Notes under the pieces: model-generated
Told to the model about the DNA's origin: nothing
Seen by the model: only the letters and a program-made list of their open reading frames with translations
The model's database searches: none
Shown: piece after piece, positions 1 to 17,580 of the stretch
Layout: every line of letters starts with the position of its first letter
Numbering within the stretch: position 1 is the stretch's first letter
Assembly (NCBI RefSeq): GCF_016433145.1
Contig: NC_058133.1
Coordinates: 190,905,882 to 190,969,881 of the forward strand
Reading direction: 5' to 3'
DNA length: 64,000 nucleotides
Source of the DNA: Gracilinanus agilis
Taxonomy: Eukaryota
Program-made: the position numbers and the translations under genes

Positions 1-1029
1 TTAGATCAATCTAGAACTGACCAAGAATTATCTCTATGGTAAACCTGATGAGTGATTATCTAACTCCTCCTAAAAGATATCAAGTTAGGGAGAACCTATT
101 ACCTCTCAGGGTAACTCATTACTCTTTTGGATAGCTCTCAGTATTAGGAAGTTCTTCCTAAATTTGTGTCATTGCATCTTCCACCCCATTCTCTCTAATT
201 CTGTCCTTTTGGGCCAAGAAGAATGAATCAGATTCTCTCCTCTCCTCTCTTCTTCTCCCCTCCTATCTTATCCTCTCTTGTTTTCTCCTTTTCTATTCTG
301 TACTATTCTCCCATTCCATCTTCTTGTTGCTTGAATCAACCTTTGTTTCTAATATTGTTGGAATAACTTTAAAGCTTCTCTAGCTGATTTCTTCAGTGAT
401 AACTCCTCTTCCCAGATATCTTCTCCACCTAAAAGGTGCCTGAAATTCTACCCTCAGAAATGTAGTCCTTTTTTAGTAGTTTGTCTCACCTTGGATATCA
501 TTTGATTCATAGACTCTGGAATGCTTGTAAAAAAAAATTAGCATCACGCTCTTGACTCTCAACTCCTTTATACCAAAGTATGAGAAGTTAATGGTATTAC
601 ATAATTTCTTTAGCCACAAAAATTCATCTTTCCTTTTGTCATTAGGTAGGCATATAACCTCAGGATAAAGACTGAAAGCTCATTAGTTGTTACCTTTTTG
701 CTGCTCATTGCTATTCCAGTTTAGGAGTCTAACTAATTCCATTTGTGATGATGATCATGGATTATAGCTGCCCTTCATGGACACCTTATTTCCCTCACTC
801 AAGTCATGGCTCTGGTAATGGCTTTAAGAAGTAGAATTTCCAGGATCATCATGAGTCTCATTTTTGAAGGGAATGTGCTAGTGGAGAAATTGGGATACAT
901 GAGAGTAGTAATGAGTCTGTAATATCTGTTAGGGTGTTTCTTAAGAGAATTTCTTTCTGATAAAGGTGAGAAAGGAACATCAGAGATTAGACTCTTTTAT
1001 AACTCTTTAATTCAATTACAAGGTTTTAT

Positions 1030-1180
1030 TTCCTTCCTCCCTCTCTCATTTCCTTCCTTCCTTCCTTCCTTCCTTCCTTCCTTCCTTCCTTCCTTCCTTC
1101 TTTCCTTCCTTCCTTCTTTCCTTCCTCCCTCCCCTTTCCTCCTTCTTTTCTTCTTCTCTCTTCCTTCCTTTCCTTTTCCT
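1030..1180 (+). repeat. (TTCC)n / pyrimidine-rich simple repeat at the tail of a minus-strand SINE
   Basis: Long run of ttcc units degenerating into a CT-rich tract. Confidence 0.9.
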
Positions 1181-2338
1181 TTCTGTCTTAGTGATATCTC
1201 TAAGACAGAGGGGCAAGGGCTAGGAAATTAGATTAAGTAACTTGCCCAGGTCACACAGCTAGAAAGTATCTGAGGTCATATTGAGCCCAGTCTTCCCAAC
1301 TCTAGGCTTAGCTCTCTCTATCCAGTGTGCTATCTAGCTGCGCCACTCCCCTACCTTTCTTCAAAGCTCATATACCACTTCTTAAAATGAATCACCTCCA
1401 CTAGCTATTTCCTCTTCCCAAATGATCACGCCTTTATTTTGCATATGTTTTGGATAAGAGAGAAAGCATGGTGCAGTGCATGAAGACCTAGCCTCCCAGT
1501 TAGGGAGAACTGGTTTCAAATCCTGCCTCTGACATAAATGATCAGTGTGATGTTGGACAAATCACTGAACTCAGAGCTTTGGGTAACAGACTACAGCTAG
1601 GTCTTGATTAGAGGAAACAGTGTATCCTGTGAAGTAGACTCATGTATTCAAATTTACACTATTCAAAGTTGTAATTATGTAAAATATGGCAACTGGTTGC
1701 AGTCCACTGGAAATATAAAATGAGAATTTGAATGTGACCACTTCAGAGGATGCATTATTCAAACTAATGGGGACCTGGCTGAGTAAGGTACAGAGCAGGA
1801 GATAACTTGAGGTAGAGGAAGTTTTCTCCTAAGAAGGTACCCATACCAATGAAATCACTGCCATGATATTTCAAACTTATAAATCTATATAGTATATACA
1901 GTGTGTCCTCTGTTAGGAATGGTCATTTAACAACCAAGTCTCAAAAGAATGTGTGGCACACTTTTGAGATTAATCTGCATTATATATGCACACACAGTAT
2001 TCTCTTCAATGCCATTTCTGATGGTATACAATATGACAATACGAGCTCTTTTTGATCACTCCTCAAATAATCATTTATATACTTATCTGCTTACATGTTA
2101 TATTTCCATCTTCCCTGCCCCAGGTACAATGTAAACTTCTCGGGGGGGGGGGATTTTTATTTTTTTCATCTTCCTCTCCTCAGTACCTATCACAGGGCCT
2201 TGTACAAGTACATGTTTAATTAATACTTGAATTGAGTTGGACCAATTGAGACATTTCCCCCCAGGCTTCTATTGATATTTTTGACCCTCTCTGCTACTCA
2301 GCCAGACATTCATTCATTGATTAATGATACATTATCTA

Positions 2339-2541
2339 GGGGCAGGTAGGTGGCTCAGTGGATTGAGAGCCAGGCCTAGAAATAGGGGGCCCTGGGTTCA
2401 AATTTGGCCTCAGACAAATACTGAGTATATGACTATGGGCAAGTCACTCCCCTCCTCCCCATTACCTAGCTCTTAGGGCTCTCCTATCTTGGATCCAATA
2501 CATACTACTGATTCAAAGATGGAAGGTAAAGGTTAAAAAAA
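2339..2541 (+). mobile_element. Marsupial tRNA-derived SINE (MAR1/SINE-1 type)
   Basis: ggggcaggtaggtggctcagtgg (A box), gggttcaaat (B box), aagggttaaaaaa-type tail. Confidence 0.85.
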
Positions 2542-3203
2542 CATATACTATCTGAACTCAGCGGGGTTCTTGGCTTCCTTGGTGCTCCCACTGGGTGCAT
2601 GCAAAGATTAAAGGAGGGCCTAGGACACATGTCCTAGGGCAAAGGGCATACACCCTATTGCACCCATTAGGATATAGCCTTTGTTTTTCTAATGACAGGT
2701 GTCTTAGAGCCCTAGTGATATTTAATTAGCACATTGCAACAATGGTCTTTGTTTGGCTTCTTTTGTAACTTTATAAAGAATCTTTTAATATCTATTTTTT
2801 CTATGCTGAATGTGGCCCAAGCAATGAGCCAATGAGTGGGACCAATCCTCTTGGTCTGATCAGTTGAAATATATCAATTGCACAAAATAACAGAAGTCAT
2901 GAAGAAAACAAAGAGAATGTGGAAGCATCTTAAGAAGCAGTTTATTCTCCAAAACATAGATTCTATCTATGGGTTTTTAAGCTTGTTCTTCCATTTTTTT
3001 TTCCTGGCTTCACCCCTTTGTAGTATAATTCAGATATAGGGCTGGAAATAACTTTAGAGGTCATCTAGTCCAACCCTCTCATTTTCTAGATGAGAAAACT
3101 GAGGCCCAGAAAAGTTGTGACTTGCCTCTGGTCACACAACTAGCAAGTGTCTGAGACAGTATTTGAATGTAGGCACTCCATGTCCAGTGCTTTTCCACTA
3201 TGC

Positions 3204-3430
3204 CTGTGGTGTTAAACTCACCCCGAAACTGAGGCTGCTAAACTGGGGCCCCCTAAACATAAGGATCCCTATGGAATACATATCGATTCAGAGAACCACT
3301 TATTATCTATGTTTTTATTACATTTTTATTTATTTTGTTCACTATTTTCTAATTACATTTTAATGTTTTGGGTTGTACTAGAGTGTGTTGTGGGCCACAT
3401 GCGATCTGTAGGCTGTGTGTTTGACACTTT
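3204..3430 (-). mobile_element. Non-autonomous hAT-like DNA element (same family as 27556-27915)
   Basis: Ends c(t)gtggtgttaaactc / gtttgacac; internal sequence is the reverse complement of 27556-27915. Confidence 0.6.
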
Positions 3431-3483
3431 TGTATGACACTAATCTGCCAAGGTAAACTGAAACATTATTCACTCTCTCCTTC

Positions 3484-4113
3484 TCTCCTTTCTGATCATT
3501 ACTGCAGCCCCTGGGGTGTATGGTGCTCAAGGAGGTAGAGCTCTTCTGGTATGAGGGCTTTTCAGGCTTTACTTACCCACCTTTGGTATTGACCAGGCAC
3601 TCATCTCTCTTCTTACCTGTCTCCAAGAAGCTATAGCAAGAGCAGGGGACCCGGCTGTGTAAGGCACAGAGGAGGAGATAACTTGTGGTAGAGGAAGTTT
3701 TCTCCTCAGAAACCACCTCTGCAGACGGGTTAAGCCAAGTCAAGTGTAACTAATGGGCCATAAATCTGTCTACGATTTAGGGAAATGTCTATCCCCAAGC
3801 AAGTAAAACCTTTACCCAGGGGAATGGGTGCATGAGAACGATTTGTTCCCACGTCCATGAAGGCAGATGAAGTAGGTTCTGTGGAGCTCTTGGAGCTTGG
3901 TCAGACATCGAACATGTCAAGGTCATTCATTGCATCCCAGGTCATCGCTAGTCATCTTGACTTTTGCCTTGATGTTGGGCTTAGCTGACTCTGGAATAGA
4001 AAGTGAGGCTGGTGACTGTGTCACTCTACTTCATTTAAATCCAATTCTTGCACAAGTCAAGACATCACCATATGATGTCATTGAACCTTTTCAAAATGAA
4101 TGACAAACAATAA
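3484..4113 (+). mobile_element. RTE-related retroposon remnant (RTE/RTESINE type)
   Basis: Characteristic 3' end ...cacaagtcaagacatcaccatatgatgtcattgaacctttt...gacaaacaataa. Confidence 0.6.
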
Positions 4114-5559
4114 TTCTAGCCACTGGTACCTACATCAGTGATAGAAAGGGTAAGGAAAGAAGCACAGATTTTGAAAGTAGGAAGGGACCTCAAAGGTCAT
4201 CCAGCCCAAGATCCTAGAAACTTAGACAAAACATTATCCGGTTTCTACTTTGAAGCCTCTAAGGGCCTGCTACCTCTGCCAGTGAGCAAGTCCCTTTCAC
4301 ATTAGGATAGTTCTAGTCGTTCAGAACTTATTTTTAAAAACCAAGCTGAAATCTGCCTCTCTGGAACTTCTACTCATAGACCCTAGATTGATTCTCTGGA
4401 TCTAAGCAGAATAAGTATGCTCCCTTTTCCAAATATTTAAAGGCAGCCATCATGTCTCTTCATGTCTTCTCTGAGCCAAAAATCCTCACTTTAAAAATCA
4501 CTTCATTAATTCATTCACCTACTATTATTCATTTATCTTTGATTTATTTGTTTACTTAATTTCCCCCCACCCCCTCTCTGTCTCCATCTATCTTTGCATT
4601 TTCTCTAGTATTCTCACCATTTTTCTCAGTTTCATAAGAATGTGCTCTAATTTGTTTATATCCTTCCCAAAATGGGTCATCCAGAACTGAATAATGTCTT
4701 TTTAATGTTTCCTAGCCTAATCTTGGGCAGCTAGGTGGCACAGTGAATAAAGCACTGGGTTTGGAATCAGGAAGACTCATCTTCACGAGTTCAAATTTGG
4801 CCTCAGACACTAGTTGTGTGATCCTAGACAAGTCATTTAACTCTATTTGTTTCAGTTTCCTCATCTGTAAAATGGGCTAGAGAAGGAAATAGCAATCTAC
4901 TCCATTATTTTTTCATAGAAAACCCCAAAAGGGATCATAAAGAGTCAGACACAACTAAAATGCCTGAACTACATACAGCAGACTTATCAATTGATGTGAC
5001 TACCAAAGAAAGAAGCCATATTCAGATTTATCCAGTCACTAGTGCTTTTAGAGTCTTTTTAAGGCTGGATTGAGATGCAGCTTTAGGAATTACATTGGTT
5101 ATCACTCCTCTTTGCTCTGTTTTACTTCCATTAAAACAGGCAGTAAAGAGCTTCTCACCTGTCATGGATGTTTTCTTCTGATCATTGCTGTGCTATGGAA
5201 ACATGTTGTATTTCCCCAGTAGAATATAAGCTTCTTGTGATCAGGGATTGTCTCACTTTTGCCCTTGTATCTCCATAGTGCTGGATATGTTAGGTACTTA
5301 GTTTTTCTTGCTAATTGATGAAGAAATAGTTTCTAACTTCTTTATGCCTAGTCCTAGATTCTTTTCCTTCTGGCTTTGTCTTTGTCATAATCAAAGAATT
5401 ATTACTGCTTTTAATAGATCTCATCTATAAACATCTATATTTATAAAATGAATGAATGAAAGTGTGTTAGTTTTTAAAGTCTGACCATACTTATTTTAAA
5501 TAATGAGCTCCCTTCATCCGTCTAAAAGGATTACATTAATAAAAATTCAATTTAGACAC

Positions 5560-6950
5560 ATTTTCCCCTCAATCTTACCTGTGCAGCTTTCAATGATCTC
5601 TCCCTTCTAAACCCCCATCACCAAAGTCAGTGGTCTTTTCTACATTCTCACTCTCCTTGTTTTCTCTGAAGCATTTGATATTGGTGCACAATCTTTCCCT
5701 TCTCAGATTTTCTTTTTCCTTCCTTTTCATGATACTATATTAAGATGTCTTTTCCTACTCTTCCTTCACTTCTCAGACACATCTCTTCTCCCTTTAATGT
5801 GAATGTTTCCCAAGGTTTGGTTTTTATTTACTCTTCTTTTATTTACTCTTTTATTTGCTACTTCTGCTGCTTCCTTTTTTACATTGATGTTTAAGTCCTA
5901 ACTATTTCTCCTAAGCTCTAAATCCTACATCTCCAACTGCTGGTAGGACATTTTCATTATATGTGATATTGTTACCTTAAACTCAATATGTCTAAAATTC
6001 AACTCATTCTTTTCCCTCCCAATCTGACTCTTGCTTATCTTTTATTTGTTTATGTCATTCTTCTGGTCAATTTTAAAATTTAAATGAATAAGCATTTATT
6101 ATGTGAAGCAAGATAGATACAAAGAAGAAAATTAAAATGAACCCTGGTCTTAAAGTACTTTTTGTGGGGGCAGAGGAGAGAAGGATACAACAGGTATAAA
6201 AGTAGAGTAAAAATCAAATATGTATAAAATAAATACAAAATAATTGGTGGAGGTGATAGAGTAGGGAAAAACAGGCAACAGGATAACATTGACTGGCTGG
6301 TGTGTGTATGAGGAATCAAGGAAAGGCCATATGGAAGGTGGCACTTGAGTTGAACTTTTTAAGAAGAAAAAGATGCCAAAGAGGCAGAGATTAGGAAGGA
6401 GTACATTCCTGGCATAGGACACAGCCCATGCAAAGGCAATGAAATGAGAGGTAGAATTTCATTTTACTGGAATGTGAAATGCACGTCTGGCTCAAATTTT
6501 AGAGCTCTCTTGATTTTTCCCTCTCTACCACTCCAAAATCCAAGTAGTCACTGAGCTTTGTTGATTCTTCAAAATGTTTGAATCTCATCATTTTTTTCCT
6601 TGTTTAATGTAATTCTCCCAATCCAAGTCTTTTATCTCCTCATCACTGTGCTTCTGTAAAAGCCTCCTGATTGGTTTTCATGATTCTAGTCTGCACTCTC
6701 CAACCCAATCTAAACAATGCAGCCAGATTAACCTTTCAAAAATTTGTCATATTACTATTCTGCTTAAGAACCAATAAGAACTACCCATGATTTCTTAGTT
6801 AAATTTCAAAACTCAAGCCTTACATTTGAGATCCTTTACAGTGTGGCTCCAGTGTACCTTGCTATGTAACCCTTCCAATTCTAAATAAACTACATTGAAT
6901 TTCTGAACATATACTTTGAATTTCTTCCTTTCTTCTGTGAAAAGCACTAG
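5560..6950. mobile_element. Degenerate L2 LINE fragments in both orientations
   Basis: L2-like segments such as ctcaaactcaatatgtctaaa and the reverse 3' end tgaataagcatttattatgtg. Confidence 0.55.
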
Positions 6951-8698
6951 TTATGGAGTTCAAGTATCATTTCTATCTGTGTGACCTTGGAAAAAATAAC
7001 TTAACTTCCCTGGTCTCATTTTCTTCATCTGTAAAATGAGGACATTGGACTAGATGACCTATGATGTTTCTTTCAGCTTTAGATCTTGTATCCTGTGGAA
7101 TATTCTCTTTCTCCCTTTTACTGTTGTTCAATTGTTTTCAGTCATGTCCCACTCTTCTTGACCTCATTTTGAGTTTTCTAGGCAAAGATACTGGAATGGT
7201 TTGCCATTTCCTTCTCTAGTTTGTTTTATAATGAGGAAACAGAGGCAAACAGAGTTAAGTGACTTGCCCAGGACCACATAGCTAGTGTTTTAGGCCAGAT
7301 TTGAACTCAAGAAAATGAGTCTTCCAGAATCCAGGCCCAGCACTGAGCCACCTAGTTGCACACGTTCTGTCTCTCTTCCTATATAAATTATTGCTGTAGG
7401 AAAATACAATGTCAGCTAGAAGGAATGTTAGAGGCCAGATAATTCTATTACTGCATCCTGTCCATCATTTAAGAATCAAACCAAAACTCATCTTCTCAAT
7501 GACCATGCCAGTTGATGATGACTTTTCCCTTCTTGCCTGTACTATTCACATTTAGTATCTATTGCTAACAAACTATCTAATGATCAGAGACTTTGCAAAC
7601 CATAAAATGCTAAAGAAATGTAATAGGCCACCATTAATGTTATTCTTTCTGACTTGTGGAAGAAAAAAAAACCCAATTCATTTTTTCTTAAACCCTTACT
7701 TTCTGACTTGGAATTAATACTATTGCTTCAAAGGCAGAAGAGTGGTAAGTGTTAGACAATTGAGGCTAAATGATTTGCTCAGTCACACAAATAGGAAAAG
7801 GCTGAGGCTAGATTTGGACTCAGGACCTCTAGTCTCTAAGTCTGGCTTTCTCTAACCTAGCTACCCCAAAACCTGATTCATTTTTTTTATCTTTGTAGTC
7901 AAGTACCTGCCACATAGGGATAGGGATAGGGACTAGGTCTGTGCTTTCCTTGGTATAGGAAGCTCTCCAAAGAGGAACCTACCTCTACCAATGCACACTA
8001 GTACCTTCTCTGCGACTTACAGTCTTGAATTTGGGGTAGGTGGTAGGTTAAGTCAGTTGTCTGCATTCATACAATCATTAGATGTAAGGGATAGAACTTG
8101 AACTTAGCTCTTTCTGATTCTAAGGCCAGCTCTCTTTCCTCAATATCTCACTTCTTCAGCTGGTACACAATTGTTGTTGGTGCTCATTCAATAATATCTA
8201 AGATTTCATGACCTCTTGGACCAGAGTATCCCAATACTGTCCATGGAATTATCATGACAAAACTGCTGGAGTGGTGTACAATTTCCTTCTCCATTGGCAC
8301 ACAGTAGGTACTTAATAAATGTTCTATTTAATTATGTTAGAAATGATCTTTTCAAGACTCAAGTCTTATGTTCCCGCAGGCTAAAAGCTCTCTGAGGGTA
8401 GGAATAACTCCTATACTTTCTAGTATCTCCTGTGCCTACCACAATCTGAGATGTTCAACAAATATTTGTTGCCTACTTGATAGATGTATTGAAGCTGCTC
8501 AGTTTGAAATAGAAGACATGTAAGAAAGGGGAATAAAAAGATCTATGGCTTTTTGCCACCTGTAAAAGGATTCAGATGTAGAGTGAAGCTACTACCCAGG
8601 AGTCAGGACACCAGAACTAGGTGGCAAAGCAATACTGTCACCTTACCCACCAAGCCAAATTAACAATAGCTGGTGTGATGGCTTTAATGATTCTACCT

Positions 8699-8706
8699 CT
8701 TTGAAG
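8699..8706 (+). promoter_or_regulatory. LEF1/TCF site (hair-keratin CTTTGAAG motif)
   Basis: CTTTGAAG ~200 bp upstream of the keratin TATA box, the position known for this motif in hair keratin promoters. Confidence 0.7.
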
Positions 8707-8785
8707 CTAGACACATGAAGCTCTTACTTCACTGACAAAAAGCTCTGGAGAGAGTCCTGACTTAGCAGGAAGCCTAAGTAAAGTC

Positions 8786-8794
8786 TTTTATGAG
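8786..8794 (+). promoter_or_regulatory. Candidate HOXC13-type site TTTTATGAG
   Basis: Matches TT(A/T)ATNRR, ~115 bp upstream of the keratin TATA box. Confidence 0.45.
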
Positions 8795-8907
8795 GTGAGG
8801 GACTTTTTTTGAGGGATGTAAATAACAGGTTGAGGGGAAGGTTGTTTGAAAATTCTGTAGAGTAAAAATAAAGGTGTGGTATCTGTCCACACCCATTTCT
8901 GAGGGGC

Positions 8908-8913
8908 TATAAA
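8908..8913 (+). promoter_or_regulatory. Keratin TATA box
   Basis: TATAAA 99 nt upstream of ATG 9007. Confidence 0.85.
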
Positions 8914-8922
8914 GGCTACTAG

Positions 8923-15194
<6,272 letters not shown>

Positions 15195-15696
15195 GTTCCC
15201 CAGGGTGGCAAGGAGGAGAAAGAAAGAAAGGGCTAAGTACTACCTGACTCTGGTCCAGCCCTATTTAATCTGAAGACTTCAATAATCTAAACCAATTGCT
15301 TCCAGGCAAATGAACACCAGTATGAAAACTTCCCGCCAGTCAAAAAGCACATCTTCAGGAAAATGTGGATTTGATCTCTTTGTCTCTTGTCTCTTACTTG
15401 TCTCCTGCTTTCACCTGTTTGCTCCTTCAGCATCTGCTCTTGGGGCATCTCTTGAACTGGGGCTGGAGGGGGGCCCCACTTATAGTGTGTTAGATGCTTT
15501 CCTGAAAAACACAAAGCAGGTTGGATAAGACAAAATGATATAATTGTCATTTATATTTTATGTCTGAAACATTTATTTTATAAAATAATTCTATTTAGTG
15601 GAATGAGATGAGATGATCATATCATGAAGAGAATATATGTTTCTGGATACCCTTTCTGTCTTTGGAGATTCAGTGAAGATCCTTTGTTATCCTCCT

Positions 15697-15702
15697 AATA
15701 AA
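15697..15702 (+). terminator. Probable keratin polyadenylation signal
   Basis: First AATAAA I found after the stop codon, ~500 nt downstream. Confidence 0.55.
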
Positions 15703-16513
15703 AACTTAATTATTCTAGTGCAATGGTAATAATAGCTGTCTTCCCTATTTATTTTGATGTAGTTAGATTCCATGACTAGGTGTTCTTCATATAGATCATG
15801 ATTTTCCACAACATAAAAATATCCCTATTCATCTCATTTCTAGAGCTAATTTGGGTGTTTGGGAGGAGGAAGGAGGAAAGGAATAGTCAAAGTGAAGATA
15901 TATATATATATATGTATATATATATATTCATTACTACTCTTCAGGAAATGTGAATTATGAGGTTATAGCCACTAAAAGCCAAATGCTAAATAATGAGAAT
16001 ATGTGGAATGTTAAAAGTCCCTAAGCTCTGATGAGCAATTATGGGACAAATTGAACAAATGCTCTATTTGAGATTTTAGAACCTTTGTTCAAATTCTAGC
16101 TTTGCCAGATTTGTCTTTTGCCTTGGAGAAGCTGCCTTAACTTCTGTGGCCTTCAGTTTTCTTCAGAATGAAGGAGTTGGAGTAGATATGGTCTCCTTCA
16201 GCTAAAAATCTATGATCCTATGAGTGTATATTGGCTTTTCATGGCAAATTATTAAACTTATCTGGCAAGCAAATAGCCTATTTACTGTTGCTTGAATTTT
16301 ATTTCATTCACATTTGCTTATCTATATTTGGCTTTATCCACAAACAATGCAAACTATCAACATAAGTATGAAGTCAATGTATTTTGGGAAAGATAGAGAT
16401 GACAAAATAAAGATTATTTGACTATGAGAGATACTAGTTGATCAAGGAATACAGACTGAGTACTTACCTTCCAAATCATGGTGCAGTGGTAATGGCAGAT
16501 TGGAAGTCAGAAA

Positions 16514-17244
16514 TGTGGGGGAACTTGAGGTGTACCCCAGGTTCGGGACAGCATGCAAGACTCTAAAACTTCGATTAAAAAAGAGAAATTTATTAATTTG
16601 GTATTTATGTTGAATTACCTGGGAAAACAGTACAGGTAGAGAACTGCCTCCTAGAGGAGATGTGTTCTGGGCTTTATATGCCCTTTTGACAACAAGGTCT
16701 ATGTGACTAGAGAAAGGATGATGATGACATGGTACTGGGTCCCTGGAACCTGAGATGGGGCATGTGATTATGTCCTATGCCTCTAAGCCAAAAGGGGGTG
16801 AACTGTCCAGTTTAGAGAACAATCAGTTATCTGAGACATAAAGTAGATGATTATTAGGAGCCAGCTGGGTTATGCCTATCTATGCTCATCAAGAATGAAG
16901 GGAGAGGGGGCAGCTGGGTAGCTCAGTGGATTGAGAACCAGGCCTAGAGACAGGAGGTCCTAGGTTCAAAGCCGGCCTCAGACACTTCCCAGCTCTGTGA
17001 TCCTGGGCAAGTCACTTGACCCCATTGCCCACCCTTACCACTCTTCTACCTAGGAGCCAATACACAGACGTTAAGGGTTTTAAAAAAAATTAAAAAAAAA
17101 TAAAAATAAAAATAAAAAAAGAATGAAGGGAGAAGCCCTGAAAGCCTCAAACTCACCTTCATAAATGTAAGGAAAAATTTAGTCTTTTAAGTACTCTACA
17201 CAATCTGGGGGCTTAGGGTGCCTGGGGAAGCCTGTACCCCCATA
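16514..17244 (-). mobile_element. Solo LTR-like element carrying a SINE insertion
   Basis: Termini tgtggggg / cccccata; minus-strand TATA-like (16672-16679) and AATAAA (16589-16594); no TSD recognised. Confidence 0.5.
16906..17118 (+). mobile_element. Young SINE-1_MD-type SINE with 15-bp TSD
   Basis: TSD aagaatgaagggaga at 16891-16905 and 17119-17133; A-rich tail; ggggcagctgggtagctcagtgg head. Confidence 0.9.
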
Positions 17245-17397
17245 TCAAGAGGATCTAGATTTAAACCTATGGACTAAGTGGAAGCCAATATTTCCTCCTT
17301 GAGGCATACATTACTATCGATATTATAAAGAGGTTAATTAGCTAACCTTTAACTTTCTAACTCTGAAAGACTATATATGAACATCAAGTTAGGTTTT

Positions 17398-17580
17398 TTT
17401 TTTTTAAACCCTTGTACTTCGGTGTATTGTCTCATAGGTGGAAGATTGGTAAGGGTGGGCAATGGGGATCAAGTGACTTGCCCAGGGTCACACAGCTGGG
17501 AAGTGGCTGAGGCCAGGTTTGAACCTAGAACCTCCTGTCTCTAGGCCTGACTCTCACTCCACTGAGCTACCCAGCTGCCC
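17398..17580 (-). mobile_element. Young SINE-1_MD-type SINE with 16-bp TSD
   Basis: TSD catcaagttaggtttt at 17382-17397 and 17581-17596. Confidence 0.9.

Noticed and set aside
2619-2638. Short palindrome CCTAGGACA-CA-TGTCCTAGG
   Set aside because: Centre of a small, old palindromic DNA-transposon-like remnant (tgggtgca...tgcaccca flanks); no evidence of function.
8852-8873. Search for the KRTAP 22-mer at the equivalent position in the keratin promoter
   Set aside because: The sequence there (attctgtagagtaaaaataaag) does not match; recorded as a negative control.
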